From Anaerolineales bacterium (lineage in GTDB: Bacteria > Chloroflexota > Anaerolineae > Anaerolineales > UBA11579): a stretch of DNA of 64,000 bases. The stretch is from contig JAHBVB010000001.1 in assembly GCA_019637805.1 (NCBI GenBank), positions 73,875-137,874 on the forward strand, read 5' to 3'. Position numbers and translations under genes: made by a program. Positions 28,405 to 36,708 of the stretch are shown here, piece by piece; positions within the stretch are counted from its first letter, which is position 1; each line of letters starts with the position of its first letter. The notes beneath the pieces were generated by a model. The model was not told the origin of the DNA. It ran no database searches and saw only the letters and a list, made by a program, of their open reading frames with translations.

Positions 28405-29001
28405 ATGAGAACGATCGTATTTGTAGGCGACTCGATCACTGAGGGCGCCGCAGACCATGAAATAGGCGGATGGAGCCGCCGGCTGGCAGCCAAGCTGCCG
28501 GCCAGCTGGCGGGCCGTGCATGCCGGCGTGGGCGGCGACACGATCACCCTGATCCTGGAGCGGCTGGAACGCGATGTATTGGCGCACCAGCCGCAGGTCA
28601 TCGTGCTGGCGGTGGGCATCAACGACAGCCGCACCTGGTCCGGCGTGCCTGAAGTCACGCAGCAAGCCTTTGCCGGCGGGCTGCAGCGTTTTGCCGCCTG
28701 CGTGCGGGCGGCGCTGCCCGAGACGCGCGTGCTGGTGGTGGGCCTGACACCGCTGGACGAAAGCCGCACCATGCCGATTGCCGAAGACTTGTATTATGCC
28801 GAGGCGGCGGGGCGCGACTATGACGCTGTTCTGCAGCGCAGCGCCGCAGAACACGGTTGGGGTTATGTGCCGCTGCAGCCGCGCTTCGAGCAGGCCGGCG
28901 GCGCCGCGGCGCTGACCAGCGACGGCCTGCACCCCACCCCAGACGGGCACGCGCTGATCGCCGCGGCAGTTGCCGAGGCCCTGGAGCCGTGGCTGCCATG
29001 A
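28405..29001 (+). CDS. SGNH/GDSL hydrolase
   Basis: IVFVGDSITEGA block I, VGINDS block III, DGLHP block V. Confidence 0.8.
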   Translation: MRTIVFVGDSITEGAADHEIGGWSRRLAAKLPASWRAVHAGVGGDTITLILERLERDVLAHQPQVIVLAVGINDSRTWSGVPEVTQQAFAGGLQRFAACVRAALPETRVLVVGLTPLDESRTMPIAEDLYYAEAAGRDYDAVLQRSAAEHGWGYVPLQPRFEQAGGAAALTSDGLHPTPDGHALIAAAVAEALEPWLP

Positions 29002-30254
29002 ACGTTCCGGCGCTGACCATTAACAAGGCCCAGGCGCGTCGCTTTCTGCTTGGCTATCAGGGTTTGTTGCCTGCGCGCAAATTGACCGGGAAGCAAGCCG
29101 TCTTCCGGGCCGTTCGCCAACTCAACAGCATCCAATACGACCCGATCAATGTGGTTGGCCCCAACCCGCACCTGGTGCTGCAGGCCCGCATCCGCAATTA
29201 CAAGCGGGACATGCTGGAAACCGCCTTGTACCAGGAACGCAGCCTGGTAGAGGGTTTCGACAAGGTCATGTGCATTTATCCCAGCGAGGACTGGCCGTAT
29301 TTTCATCTGTATCGCCGCACGATGGGGAGCCGATATGCGGGCAACCCCGGCTACGCCGAGGCGGCTAAGCTGATCGAAGGCGTGCGTAAGGAATTGGAAA
29401 CCCGCGGGCCGCTGTCTTCGCTTGAAATGGAAGAGGACAGCCGGGTCTTTGGCGGCTGGGGCACGCACATGCGCGCCGCACGCGTGGCCCTGGACATGCT
29501 GTTCTTTGGCGGCGACGTGGTGGTGCACCGGCGGGTGGGCAGCCGGCGCTACTTTGAGCTGAGTGAACGCGCCCTGGGCGAGCTGCACAGCCAGCCGGAC
29601 CCCCACCCCAGCCCGGAAGCCTACCTGGACTGGCATGTGCTGCGCCGCATCGGCAGCCTGGGGCTGGCCCGCGGATCCGGCACGGACCACTGGCTTTCCA
29701 TGCTCAAGGCGCCTGGCGGGCGCCCAGCAGCCTTGAAACGCTTGCTGGCCGCCGGTGCGATCCGAAAGGTGCAGATCAGCGAGTGGCCCGAGCAGGCCTT
29801 CTATATTCGAAGCCAGGACCTGGCGGCCTTGCACAAAGCCGAAGCGGCGGCGGGCGGCCAGCCGGCGGCCGCCTTCATTGCCCCACTGGACAATGCGATT
29901 TGGGACCGCACCCTGCTGGAAAAAGTCTTTGACTTTTATTACCGCTGGGAAGTGTATGTGCCCGCCCCAAAGAGACAATACGCCTACTATGTCTTGCCAG
30001 TCCTGTTCGGGGAAAATTTTGCGGCCCGCCTGGACCCGGCCTTTGAGCGCAGCAGCAAGACCTTCGTCATTCAGAACTGGTGGTGGGAAGCCGGAGTAGA
30101 CAAAAGAGACCCTGCTCTGGTTGTGGCGTTAGGCGAGTGCATTCAAGAGTTCGCCAAGTACCTGGGAGCCGAGAGCGTGCGCTTGGGGGATCCGATCCGA
30201 AAGGACGCGGTGCTGCGCAGCGCGTTAGAGGCGGCTGGCTATTCTGGCGGATAG
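28998..30254 (+). CDS. winged-helix DNA glycosylase YcaQ family (DUF1006)
   Basis: MNVPALTINKAQARRFLLGYQGLL...NSIQYDPINVVGPNPHLVL...YVLPVLFGENFAARLD. ATG 28998 overlaps the upstream stop. Confidence 0.7.
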   Translation: MNVPALTINKAQARRFLLGYQGLLPARKLTGKQAVFRAVRQLNSIQYDPINVVGPNPHLVLQARIRNYKRDMLETALYQERSLVEGFDKVMCIYPSEDWPYFHLYRRTMGSRYAGNPGYAEAAKLIEGVRKELETRGPLSSLEMEEDSRVFGGWGTHMRAARVALDMLFFGGDVVVHRRVGSRRYFELSERALGELHSQPDPHPSPEAYLDWHVLRRIGSLGLARGSGTDHWLSMLKAPGGRPAALKRLLAAGAIRKVQISEWPEQAFYIRSQDLAALHKAEAAAGGQPAAAFIAPLDNAIWDRTLLEKVFDFYYRWEVYVPAPKRQYAYYVLPVLFGENFAARLDPAFERSSKTFVIQNWWWEAGVDKRDPALVVALGECIQEFAKYLGAESVRLGDPIRKDAVLRSALEAAGYSGG

Positions 30255-31591
30255 ACGGGCTGCATTTCCCCCAGCACTTCACCCACCTGCCATAACCGCA
30301 ACCCCTGTGCCTGGCCTTGGCCGAACTGGCTGAGCCCATCCAATATCGCATACCCCCGCAACTCTCGTAAGCTGCGCTGGACGCGCACGGCAGTCAGGCT
30401 GTCCAGCCCCTGCTCCAGCATGACCTGTTCGAGCACATGCTGGGTGAGATCCAGCGCGCCGGCGGCGTGCAAGGCACCCCAATCGAGGAATTCCGTTTCG
30501 GCGGCCCATGCCTGCAAGTCCGCTTGCTGGGACTGGTTCCACCAGTCCCAGGCGGAAGTGAGATAGAGGCCCTGCGCCCGAGCGGGGTCTGCCAGATATT
30601 CGTACAGCTGCAAATTATAGGCCGCAGCCGGGGCGACCAGCACAAAGCGATCGCGCACGCCCAGGTCATGCAGCGCGTTGAGCAGAGCGGCCAAGCCAAA
30701 ACCACGCGCATTGGTGTAGATCACATTGGCATGCGCCTCGCGGGCGGCGAAGACAAAGTCAAATACATTGGCGAAGGGGTCGGCGTCCAGCTCGGCTTGC
30801 AGCACCAGATTGAGGTGGGGTTCAACCAGCACCGGCAGCGCCGTGCCATCGCCGGTGGGCGCCGGCGTGGGCAGGGGCGCCGGGCTGAGGGCCAGTTCAC
30901 CGGCCACATCCGCTGGCCAGGTGAGTAGGGCCAGGCGCAGCTCCGGGCCGGCGCCCTGGGGGCGCAGGCTGGGCCACTGGGCCAACAAGGCCTGCAGCGC
31001 AAAGTCCAACTGAGTTTGCGGGTCCGGCTCCAGAGGGAAAAGCGTATCGCCGCCGAAGGCCCCCGGACCCAGCGCCGGCAGGCCGGCTTCGGCCAGGCCA
31101 TCTGCCAGGGCGGCTTCGCTGGCCGGGTCGCAGATCAAGGCCAGCACGGCTTGCGGATGGCGGTCGAGTAAAAGGCCCAATTCAGCCCCGGTCTGTTCAG
31201 GAGGGCCATCCGCATTGCCGCGCACCAGAACCAGTTCAGCCCCCAAGAGGCCGCCAGCGGCATTGAGTGCCGCGCTGCGCTCCTCCAGCGCCCGTGACCA
31301 GCCACTGTAGGCCAGGCCAAAGGGTTCACCCCGCGGGCAGAAGTGCAAGACGGTCACCTGCCGGCCGCTGTAGTCGGGGAGCGGCGTGGGTGTGGGACCG
31401 CCCGGAGTGAGACTAGGGCTTGGGCTGGCCGTGGGCGGAGGCAGGCTGCCAATGGCCGGGAACCCCGGCAAAGTGGGCAAACCGACAGTGGGCAGACTGA
31501 CCACCGGCGTGGGCAGCGTCTGCGAGCTCAGCGGAGTACAGGCCGCCAGACACAAGGCGGCTAGCAGGGCGAAAGAACGCAGACGCAGCAC
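30239..31591 (-). CDS. hypothetical lipoprotein (periplasmic-binding-protein-like)
   Basis: Lipobox LLAALCLAAC followed by a Pro/Thr/Ser linker. No firm family. Confidence 0.4.
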   Translation of the reverse strand: MLRLRSFALLAALCLAACTPLSSQTLPTPVVSLPTVGLPTLPGFPAIGSLPPPTASPSPSLTPGGPTPTPLPDYSGRQVTVLHFCPRGEPFGLAYSGWSRALEERSAALNAAGGLLGAELVLVRGNADGPPEQTGAELGLLLDRHPQAVLALICDPASEAALADGLAEAGLPALGPGAFGGDTLFPLEPDPQTQLDFALQALLAQWPSLRPQGAGPELRLALLTWPADVAGELALSPAPLPTPAPTGDGTALPVLVEPHLNLVLQAELDADPFANVFDFVFAAREAHANVIYTNARGFGLAALLNALHDLGVRDRFVLVAPAAAYNLQLYEYLADPARAQGLYLTSAWDWWNQSQQADLQAWAAETEFLDWGALHAAGALDLTQHVLEQVMLEQGLDSLTAVRVQRSLRELRGYAILDGLSQFGQGQAQGLRLWQVGEVLGEMQPVYPPE

Positions 31592-31594
31592 CAG

Positions 31595-31948
31595 CTAACC
31601 CAAATTGAGGTAGAGTGCATCCGTCTTGGCGGCCATGACGAAATCGTTGTTATGCAAGCCTTTGATCTTGTGCGTCCACCAGGTGACGGTGACCTTACCC
31701 CACTCCGTGCGCAGCACGGGGTGATGGCCCTGCTCCTCGGCCAGTTCGCCGACTTGCTGGGTGAAGGTTAGTGCGCTGGCGAAGTCCTTGAACTTGAAGG
31801 CGCGGCGCAAACGCAGAATGTCCTTTTCGTCTACCAGGTTCCAATCGGGCACCTGGGTGTGCATCTCCTGCGCCTGCTGGGGGTTGAGCGAGGACTCATC
31901 CCCGCGGCAAGGCACACAGGTCTGTTGGGTAAGCAGTGAGTTGGTCAT
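31595..31948 (-). CDS. 4a-hydroxytetrahydrobiopterin dehydratase
   Basis: CVPCRGD...FKFKDFASALTFTQQVGELAEEQGHHPVLRTEWGKVTVTWWTHKIKGLHNNDFVMAAK. I placed the start at Met 31948. Confidence 0.85.
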   Translation of the reverse strand: MTNSLLTQQTCVPCRGDESSLNPQQAQEMHTQVPDWNLVDEKDILRLRRAFKFKDFASALTFTQQVGELAEEQGHHPVLRTEWGKVTVTWWTHKIKGLHNNDFVMAAKTDALYLNLG

Positions 31949-31998
31949 AAACAGGGCAACGTTGGGGCGATTATAATGTGACGCACAAGCAAATAGTT

Positions 31999-32035
31999 GC
32001 CGGTCGCAGCGCACCCGGCTGATCAAAACTGCACC
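31999..32035 (+). promoter_or_regulatory. preQ1-I riboswitch aptamer
   Basis: GCCGG-UCGCAGCGCAC-CCGGC-UGAUCAAAACUGCACC has a 5-bp P1 and an A-rich tail. Tail CUGC is complementary to loop GCAG (pseudoknot). It closely parallels the Thermoanaerobacter aptamer CUGGGUCGCAGUAACCCCAGUUAACAAAACAAGG. It lies upstream of yhhQ, a known preQ1-regulated gene class. Confidence 0.7.
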
Positions 32036-32074
32036 TTTGCTCGATCGCTGGTTGAGCCAGCGATCGAGCAAGTC

Positions 32075-32097
32075 AGCGCTGTCACAGGCGCTTTTTT
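32075..32097 (+). terminator. putative expression-platform terminator of the preQ1 leader
   Basis: AGCGC...GCGCT stem followed by T6. It is preceded by a perfect 15-bp hairpin at 32037-32071. Confidence 0.45.
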
Positions 32098-32114
32098 GTT
32101 GGCTGGAGCATGTG

Positions 32115-32747
32115 ATGACCAAAGAGACTCAAAACAGCTTATCGACCTTGGCGATCATCGTGATCGCCAGTTACATCGCCGCTCAAATGCTGGCGGATGT
32201 GGCCAGCATCAAGATCGGCCTGCTGGGCAGCCTGGCGGTCGACATGGGCACCTTCATTTACCCGATCACCTTCACCCTGCGTGACCTGGTACACAAGGTG
32301 CTGGGTCGCCAGGCCGCCCGCACCCTGGTGCTGGCGGCCGGCGGCATTAACCTGCTGATGGCCGCCTACCTGATGTGGGCGGCAGCCTTCCCCAGCGACC
32401 CAGTCTGGGGCCTGGGCGTCGAATTCAGTGCCCTGCTGGGGCCAGTGTGGCGCATCGTACTGGCCTCAATTGCAGCGGAAGTGGTCAGTGAGCTGGTGGA
32501 TACCGAGATCTATCACTGGTTCGTGACCAGAATTACGCAGCGCTACCAATGGGCGCGGGTGCTACTGAGCAACAGCGTCAGCGTGCCGGTGGACAACCTG
32601 ATCTTCTCGATCGGTGCGTTTGGCTGGGCGCTGCCCTGGCCCACAGTGTGGAGCATCTTCCTGGTCAACTTGCTGGTCAAGTACGGCATCACCCTGCTCA
32701 GTCTGCCGCTGATCTACCTGGCGCCCGACAAACAAGCTGGACAATAA
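32115..32747 (+). CDS. yhhQ: queuosine precursor transporter (YhhQ/COG1738)
   Basis: IASYIAAQMLADVASIKIGLLGSLAVDMGTFIYPITFTLRDLVHK. GGAG RBS sits before ATG 32115. Confidence 0.8.
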   Translation: MTKETQNSLSTLAIIVIASYIAAQMLADVASIKIGLLGSLAVDMGTFIYPITFTLRDLVHKVLGRQAARTLVLAAGGINLLMAAYLMWAAAFPSDPVWGLGVEFSALLGPVWRIVLASIAAEVVSELVDTEIYHWFVTRITQRYQWARVLLSNSVSVPVDNLIFSIGAFGWALPWPTVWSIFLVNLLVKYGITLLSLPLIYLAPDKQAGQ

Positions 32748-32775
32748 AACCCCGCTGCACGTGCAACGGGGTTTT
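32748..32775. terminator. bidirectional intrinsic terminator
   Basis: AAAACCCCG-CTGCACGTGCAA-CGGGGTTTT. Confidence 0.65.
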
Positions 32776-32905
32776 GAACCGGATGGTGCAAGTGGGGTCC
32801 TCTCCGTGAGGGTCCGCAGTTGCCTGGGATGGTTCGTCACGGAAGCCGGCCCCCGTGTGGTTCGTGTTGGTTCCAAACGTAGAAGGTCACACGTACAGCA
32901 GGGCA
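32748..32905 (-). ncRNA. candidate orphan small RNA (about 155 nt)
   Basis: Extended -10 TGCTATAAA on the minus strand (32919-32911) and the 32748-32775 terminator bracket a non-coding, hairpin-rich stretch (CCGTGA/TCACGG, CGTGTG/CACACG). No family recognised. Confidence 0.2.
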
Positions 32906-32953
32906 ATTCCTTTATAGCATACTGAGATTAAAAACAACCCACGCGCGGATTAA

Positions 32954-32991
32954 AACAAAGAGCCTGCATGAAGATCATGCAGGCTCTTGTT
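32954..32991. terminator. intrinsic terminator downstream of aspS
   Basis: 14-bp stem AAGAGCCTGCATGA/TCATGCAGGCTCTT, followed on the minus strand by TTTGTTTTAAT. Confidence 0.75.
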
Positions 32992-33009
32992 CGGTTCGCA
33001 GTGTCGCGG

Positions 33010-34782
33010 TTACTTGGCCGCCACCACCTTGATGTGCAGGTCTTTGAGCTGCTGCTCGTCGGCAGGTGTCGGCGCGTCGGCCATTACATCCCGGGCGGCC
33101 TGGTTCTTGGGGAAGGCGATCACCTCGCGGATGCTCTGCTCGTCGGCGAAGAGCATCACCAGGCGATCCAGGCCGGAGGCGATGCCGCCGTGCGGCGGCG
33201 CGCCGTATTCGAAAGCGTCCAGCATGTGGCCGAAGCGCTCCTGGGCCACTTCGGGCGTCAGGCCGATCAGCTTGAAGATGCGCGACTGCAGCTCGCGCTC
33301 GTGGATACGGATGGAACCGCCGCAGACTTCGATGTTGTTGAGCACCATGTCGTATTGCGCCCCGCGCATATTGGCCGGGTCGCTTTCGACCATGTGAATG
33401 TCTTCCGGCATCGGTGAAGTGAAGGGGTGTTGGCTGGCTTCCCAGCGGCTCTCCTCTTCGTCCCAGAAGGCGAAGGGGAAATCGATCACCCAGCAGAAAG
33501 CCAGCAGGTCGGGGTCCAGCAGGTTGAGCTTTTCGGCCAGGTGCACGCGCAGGCGGCCCAGGGCGGTGAAGACCACCTCCGGCTTGTCCGCCACGAAGAG
33601 CAGCAGGTCGCCCGGTTGCGCATCCAGCTGGGTCTTGAGCTCGGCCAGCTTCTCCGGGGCGAGGAACTTGCTGAACGAGGAGCGTTCTTCGCCTTCGGGC
33701 GTGATCGCCAAGTAGGCCAGGCCTTTGGCGCCGAAGTCCTTGACATAATCTGTAAGGGCGTCGATCTCCTTGCGGCTGTAGCCGCCCAGGCCGCGGGCAT
33801 TGATGGCGCGCACGTGCCCGTCGGAAGCCAGGGCATCTTCGAAGACTTTGAAGCCGGAGCCGGCCGCCCAGCCGCTGAGGTCCTGCAGTTCCATGCCAAA
33901 GCGCATATCCGGGTTGTCTTTGCCAAAGCGTTGCATGGCCTCCTTGTAGCTGAGGCGCGGCCAGGGCGTGGCCAGCAAGCGTTTGTGCGGCAGCAGTTCC
34001 TGCACCATAGCGGTGTACATGGTCTCCATCAGGTTCATCACGTCATCGCGCTCAACGAAAGACATCTCAATGTCGAGCTGGGTGAACTCCGCCTGGCGAT
34101 CGCCGCGCAGGTCCTCGTCACGGAAGCAGCGGGCGATCTGGAAGTAACGCTCATACCCGGCGACCATCAGCAGCTGCTTGAGCTGCTGTGGGGATTGCGG
34201 CAGGGCGTAAAATTCGCCAGGGTGCACACGCGAAGGCACCAGGTAATCACGGGCGCCTTCCGGCGTGGTCTTGAACAGGATCGGCGTCTCAATTTCGAGA
34301 AAGCCTTCCTTGTCGAGATAGTCACGGATGAACTTGATCACGCGGTGGCGCAATTCCAGGTTGGCCTGCATGCGCGGGCGGCGCAGATCCAGATAGCGGT
34401 ATTTGAGGCGCGTGTTCTCGTCGACCTCTTCTTCTTTATTGATCAAAAAGGGCGGGGTCTTGGACGGGTTGAGGATCTTGACCTCGCTGACCGCCACTTC
34501 GATTTCGCCGGTGCTCATCTCCGGGTTGGTCATGCCCTCCGGGCGGGGGCGCACCACGCCGGTAACCTGCAGCACCCATTCGCTGCGCACAGGCTCAAAA
34601 GCCGTGTGGGCTTCAGGCGCCGCCTCCGGGTCCGAGACGGTCTGCACCAGGCCAAAACGGTCACGCAAGTCAATAAAGGTCAGACCGCCGTGGTCGCGGC
34701 GGCGGTGCACCCAGCCGGCCAGGGTCACGGTCTGGCCGGCGTTGGCGGCGGTCAACTCTCCGCAGGTGTGTGTCTTATACAT
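33010..34782 (-). CDS. aspS: aspartate--tRNA ligase (bacterial type)
   Basis: [44 protein letters not shown]...[18 protein letters not shown]...GGSIRIH...[15 protein letters not shown]. Confidence 0.95.
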   Translation of the reverse strand: MYKTHTCGELTAANAGQTVTLAGWVHRRRDHGGLTFIDLRDRFGLVQTVSDPEAAPEAHTAFEPVRSEWVLQVTGVVRPRPEGMTNPEMSTGEIEVAVSEVKILNPSKTPPFLINKEEEVDENTRLKYRYLDLRRPRMQANLELRHRVIKFIRDYLDKEGFLEIETPILFKTTPEGARDYLVPSRVHPGEFYALPQSPQQLKQLLMVAGYERYFQIARCFRDEDLRGDRQAEFTQLDIEMSFVERDDVMNLMETMYTAMVQELLPHKRLLATPWPRLSYKEAMQRFGKDNPDMRFGMELQDLSGWAAGSGFKVFEDALASDGHVRAINARGLGGYSRKEIDALTDYVKDFGAKGLAYLAITPEGEERSSFSKFLAPEKLAELKTQLDAQPGDLLLFVADKPEVVFTALGRLRVHLAEKLNLLDPDLLAFCWVIDFPFAFWDEEESRWEASQHPFTSPMPEDIHMVESDPANMRGAQYDMVLNNIEVCGGSIRIHERELQSRIFKLIGLTPEVAQERFGHMLDAFEYGAPPHGGIASGLDRLVMLFADEQSIREVIAFPKNQAARDVMADAPTPADEQQLKDLHIKVVAAK

Positions 34783-34810
34783 AAGTTCTCCTTAGTGTGC
34801 AGCGGCCCAG

Positions 34811-34840
34811 AAAAACAAAACGCCCGGCGGGTGCCGGGCG
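34811..34840 (-). terminator. intrinsic terminator inside the aspS leader (attenuator)
   Basis: CGCCCGGC-ACCC-GCCGGGCG (8 G-C pairs) followed by TTTTGTTTTT. It ends 28 nt before the aspS ATG. Confidence 0.7.
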
Positions 34841-34859
34841 AGAGGAGACTTGGTTGGGT

Positions 34860-34940
34860 TTAGTGCCCAAGCAAGGTCAATCCCGCCCGGAAAAGGGCGT
34901 TATTGTCCTCGTTATTGTTGTTCAGCAGGCTTGCATGCAT
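34860..34940 (-). CDS. putative 26-codon leader peptide MHASLLNNNNEDNNALFRAGLTLLGH
   Basis: My translation of the minus strand. The ATG lies 7 nt after the -10 box, and six of eight consecutive codons are Asn. It is too short for the ORF track. Confidence 0.4.
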   Translation of the reverse strand: MHASLLNNNNEDNNALFRAGLTLLGH

Positions 34941-34946
34941 TTTGGC

Positions 34947-34955
34947 ATTATAGCA
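34947..34955 (-). promoter_or_regulatory. extended -10 promoter TGCTATAAT
   Basis: Minus strand 34955-34947, then GCCAAA, then ATG (34940). Confidence 0.5.
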
Positions 34956-35008
34956 TAGCTACCATGTCAGTTTATACTCCTGTGCATTCTATGTTTGCAG
35001 GAGCGGGC

Positions 35009-35335
35009 ATGTCAAATAAATGGAGCAAGGCGATATTGGGTTTGGTGCAGGTAGCCGATATTGCCGTGCATGTCGCTACAGAGCAGGTGGAGCCGCTGCG
35101 CATCGCGGCCAGCCTCATCATCCTGGGCTGGTTGGCTGCCCGCAGCCGCGGCCAGGCGCAAACCCGCGCCAGCCAGCTGACTGTGATTGGCGCCTATCTC
35201 GCTCTGAACCTGGCCTTCCTGGCGCAGGCCGGTCTGACCAATCCGGATCAAGGCGGCCAGCTGCGCGTGCTGCTTTTGGTATTCGTCTTGGTGACGCTGG
35301 GGCTGGCGGAATGGTTGCAGCGCCAACAAAAATAG
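35009..35335 (+). CDS. small hypothetical membrane protein
   Basis: GCAGGAG RBS then ATG 35009. 108 aa, 3-4 TM helices. Confidence 0.45.
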   Translation: MSNKWSKAILGLVQVADIAVHVATEQVEPLRIAASLIILGWLAARSRGQAQTRASQLTVIGAYLALNLAFLAQAGLTNPDQGGQLRVLLLVFVLVTLGLAEWLQRQQK

Positions 35336-35366
35336 CGAGCTGAGCTCGCTATTCTCTCTTTGAAGG

Positions 35367-35450
35367 TAGCGCGGGTGGGAATCGAACCCACAAGAGGTTG
35401 CCCTCGGAGGATTTTAAGTCCCCTGCGTCTGCCAGTTCCGCCACCGCGCC
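35367..35450 (-). tRNA. tRNA-Leu (anticodon TAA)
   Basis: Reverse complement reads GGCGCGGTGGCGGAACTGGCAGACGCAGGGGACTTAAAATCCTCCGAGGGCAACCTCTTGTGGGTTCGATTCCCACCCGCGCTA. It has a long variable arm and anticodon loop CTTAAAA. Confidence 0.9.
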
Positions 35451-35479
35451 TTGGGCGTAATTCTATCGCAAGTACCGCC

Positions 35480-36001
35480 CTACTCTTCCATGGCCACATC
35501 CAGGGTTTCTGGGTCGTAGCGCACCGGGATGATCGTGCCGGGCTGCAGAGCACTAAGACGTGAGAAGGACAGCAAGCGTTCCGTCTCAGAAGTAAAAGGA
35601 GTTTCGCCCTGCGGCCGCACCTCCAGACCAAAACGCACCACAGGGGCGTCGTTGATATAAGTGCCCGTATTCTCGACAGAAAGGATCTCGGCAGTGGCGG
35701 CTCTGCCGGTTTGCAGAATGCGTTTATTGAGGCGGCTGCTCAAGAACGGAGTGCCAAAGATCAACAGCATGCTGACGATGGACATAGTGAACGTGAGTGT
35801 CATGGAAACCGTGGCCAGAATGGATAAACCAGAGCCGCGCCCCATCAGCAAACCGGGGAGGAGCTGGTCCACCCAGCGGGCAAAATCGGCGCCCCAGCCG
35901 CCTTCTTCGCCGATGATGCCCACAAAGATGCAGGTGAAGGGGATCCACATCAGCGCGAACATCCAGACGCCCAATTTTTGCAAGATCTTGATGCGCTGCA
36001 C
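35480..36001 (-). CDS. hypothetical membrane protein
   Basis: 173 aa, N-terminal TM segments plus a C-terminal soluble domain. No firm family. Confidence 0.4.
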   Translation of the reverse strand: MQRIKILQKLGVWMFALMWIPFTCIFVGIIGEEGGWGADFARWVDQLLPGLLMGRGSGLSILATVSMTLTFTMSIVSMLLIFGTPFLSSRLNKRILQTGRAATAEILSVENTGTYINDAPVVRFGLEVRPQGETPFTSETERLLSFSRLSALQPGTIIPVRYDPETLDVAMEE

Positions 36002-36015
36002 ATCAACCTCCGTCT

Positions 36016-36651
36016 CTATCCGAACCAGGCCGCCCAGCGGCTGGCCAGGCGCACCAGCGGGCCGCTGGGGCTGCCGTGCAGTTCAGCTTGCGCCACAGCC
36101 CGGCGCAGGCTTTCGCCGTCGTGGAAGTGCGGCAGGCGCATCGTAGCGCGTCCCACTTCCAGCAGGGTGTGCGCATCGGAGCCGGCGGTGCCGGGCAGCC
36201 CGTGGCGGGCGGCCAGTTGGGCGGCAGCCTGGTTGTAAGCCGGGCGCAAATTGCGGGCATTGAAGGTCTCGAAAGCGTCCACCAGCTCGGCCAGTTCCTC
36301 CAGCTCCTCGCCGGACCACAGGCCGCGGCGCGGGTCACAAGGGTGAGAGACGCTGATGAAAGCGCCCTGCTGGCGCAGTTGGGCGATGGCTTGGCGGTAG
36401 GGAGTGCGTTTGGGCACCAGCTCGGTGACATAGGCGGCCAGCAGTTCCCCTTTGTCGGTGAGCACCTCTTCGCCGACAATCACCAGGTCCGGGTCAAGCT
36501 GTTGAGCTTCCAAGGCGCCGCTGATGCTGTTGTGATCAGTGATGATCACGCGGTCCAAGCCGCGCCGGCGGCAGGCAGCCACCAGGTCGGCGGGCTTGAC
36601 CTGGCTGTCCTTCGAGGCATGCGTATGACAGTGGGTTTCGATGGTGAGCAT
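36016..36651 (-). CDS. PHP-domain metal-dependent phosphoesterase
   Basis: IETHCHTHASKDS...VIITDHNSISG...GSDAHT. Confidence 0.8.
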   Translation of the reverse strand: MLTIETHCHTHASKDSQVKPADLVAACRRRGLDRVIITDHNSISGALEAQQLDPDLVIVGEEVLTDKGELLAAYVTELVPKRTPYRQAIAQLRQQGAFISVSHPCDPRRGLWSGEELEELAELVDAFETFNARNLRPAYNQAAAQLAARHGLPGTAGSDAHTLLEVGRATMRLPHFHDGESLRRAVAQAELHGSPSGPLVRLASRWAAWFG

Positions 36652-36708
36652 AGTGATCAGTGAATTCTAACGCCTCCAGATGGTTATACTAAAGTCAGGA
36701 GTAAAACC

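Noticed and set aside
32780-32950. SRP (4.5S) RNA or 6S RNA in the yhhQ-aspS gap, prompted by a CACGGAAGCCGGCC stretch.
   Set aside because: It lacks the conserved SRP helix-8 motif (GGUCCGGAAGGAAGCAGCC with the symmetric and asymmetric loops). It also lacks the long end-to-end helix with a central bubble expected for 6S RNA. I kept it only as a low-confidence generic sRNA candidate.
33427-34863. 478-aa plus-strand ORF antisense to aspS. Similar long antisense ORFs in the track are 5888-6982 (-), 7868-9301 (+), 48418-49575 (+), 53458-55080 (+), 55133-56509 (+), 3105-3866 (-) and 14083-15138 (+).
   Set aside because: These are typical GC-rich shadow ORFs. Their translations are low-complexity (Arg/Ala/Gly/Gln-rich) with no recognisable motifs. 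Each is fully overlapped by an opposite-strand gene with unmistakable family signatures.
34783-34955. T-box leader upstream of aspS.
   Set aside because: The leader is only about 130 nt to the terminator. It lacks a Stem I/specifier architecture and the conserved T-box sequence (GGTGGTACCGCG-like). The mini-ORF plus four-segment complementarity explains it better.
35360-35563. 67-aa plus-strand ORF and 127-aa minus-strand ORF (35248-35631).
   Set aside because: Both run across the tRNA-Leu(TAA) gene and its terminator. There is no independent support for either.
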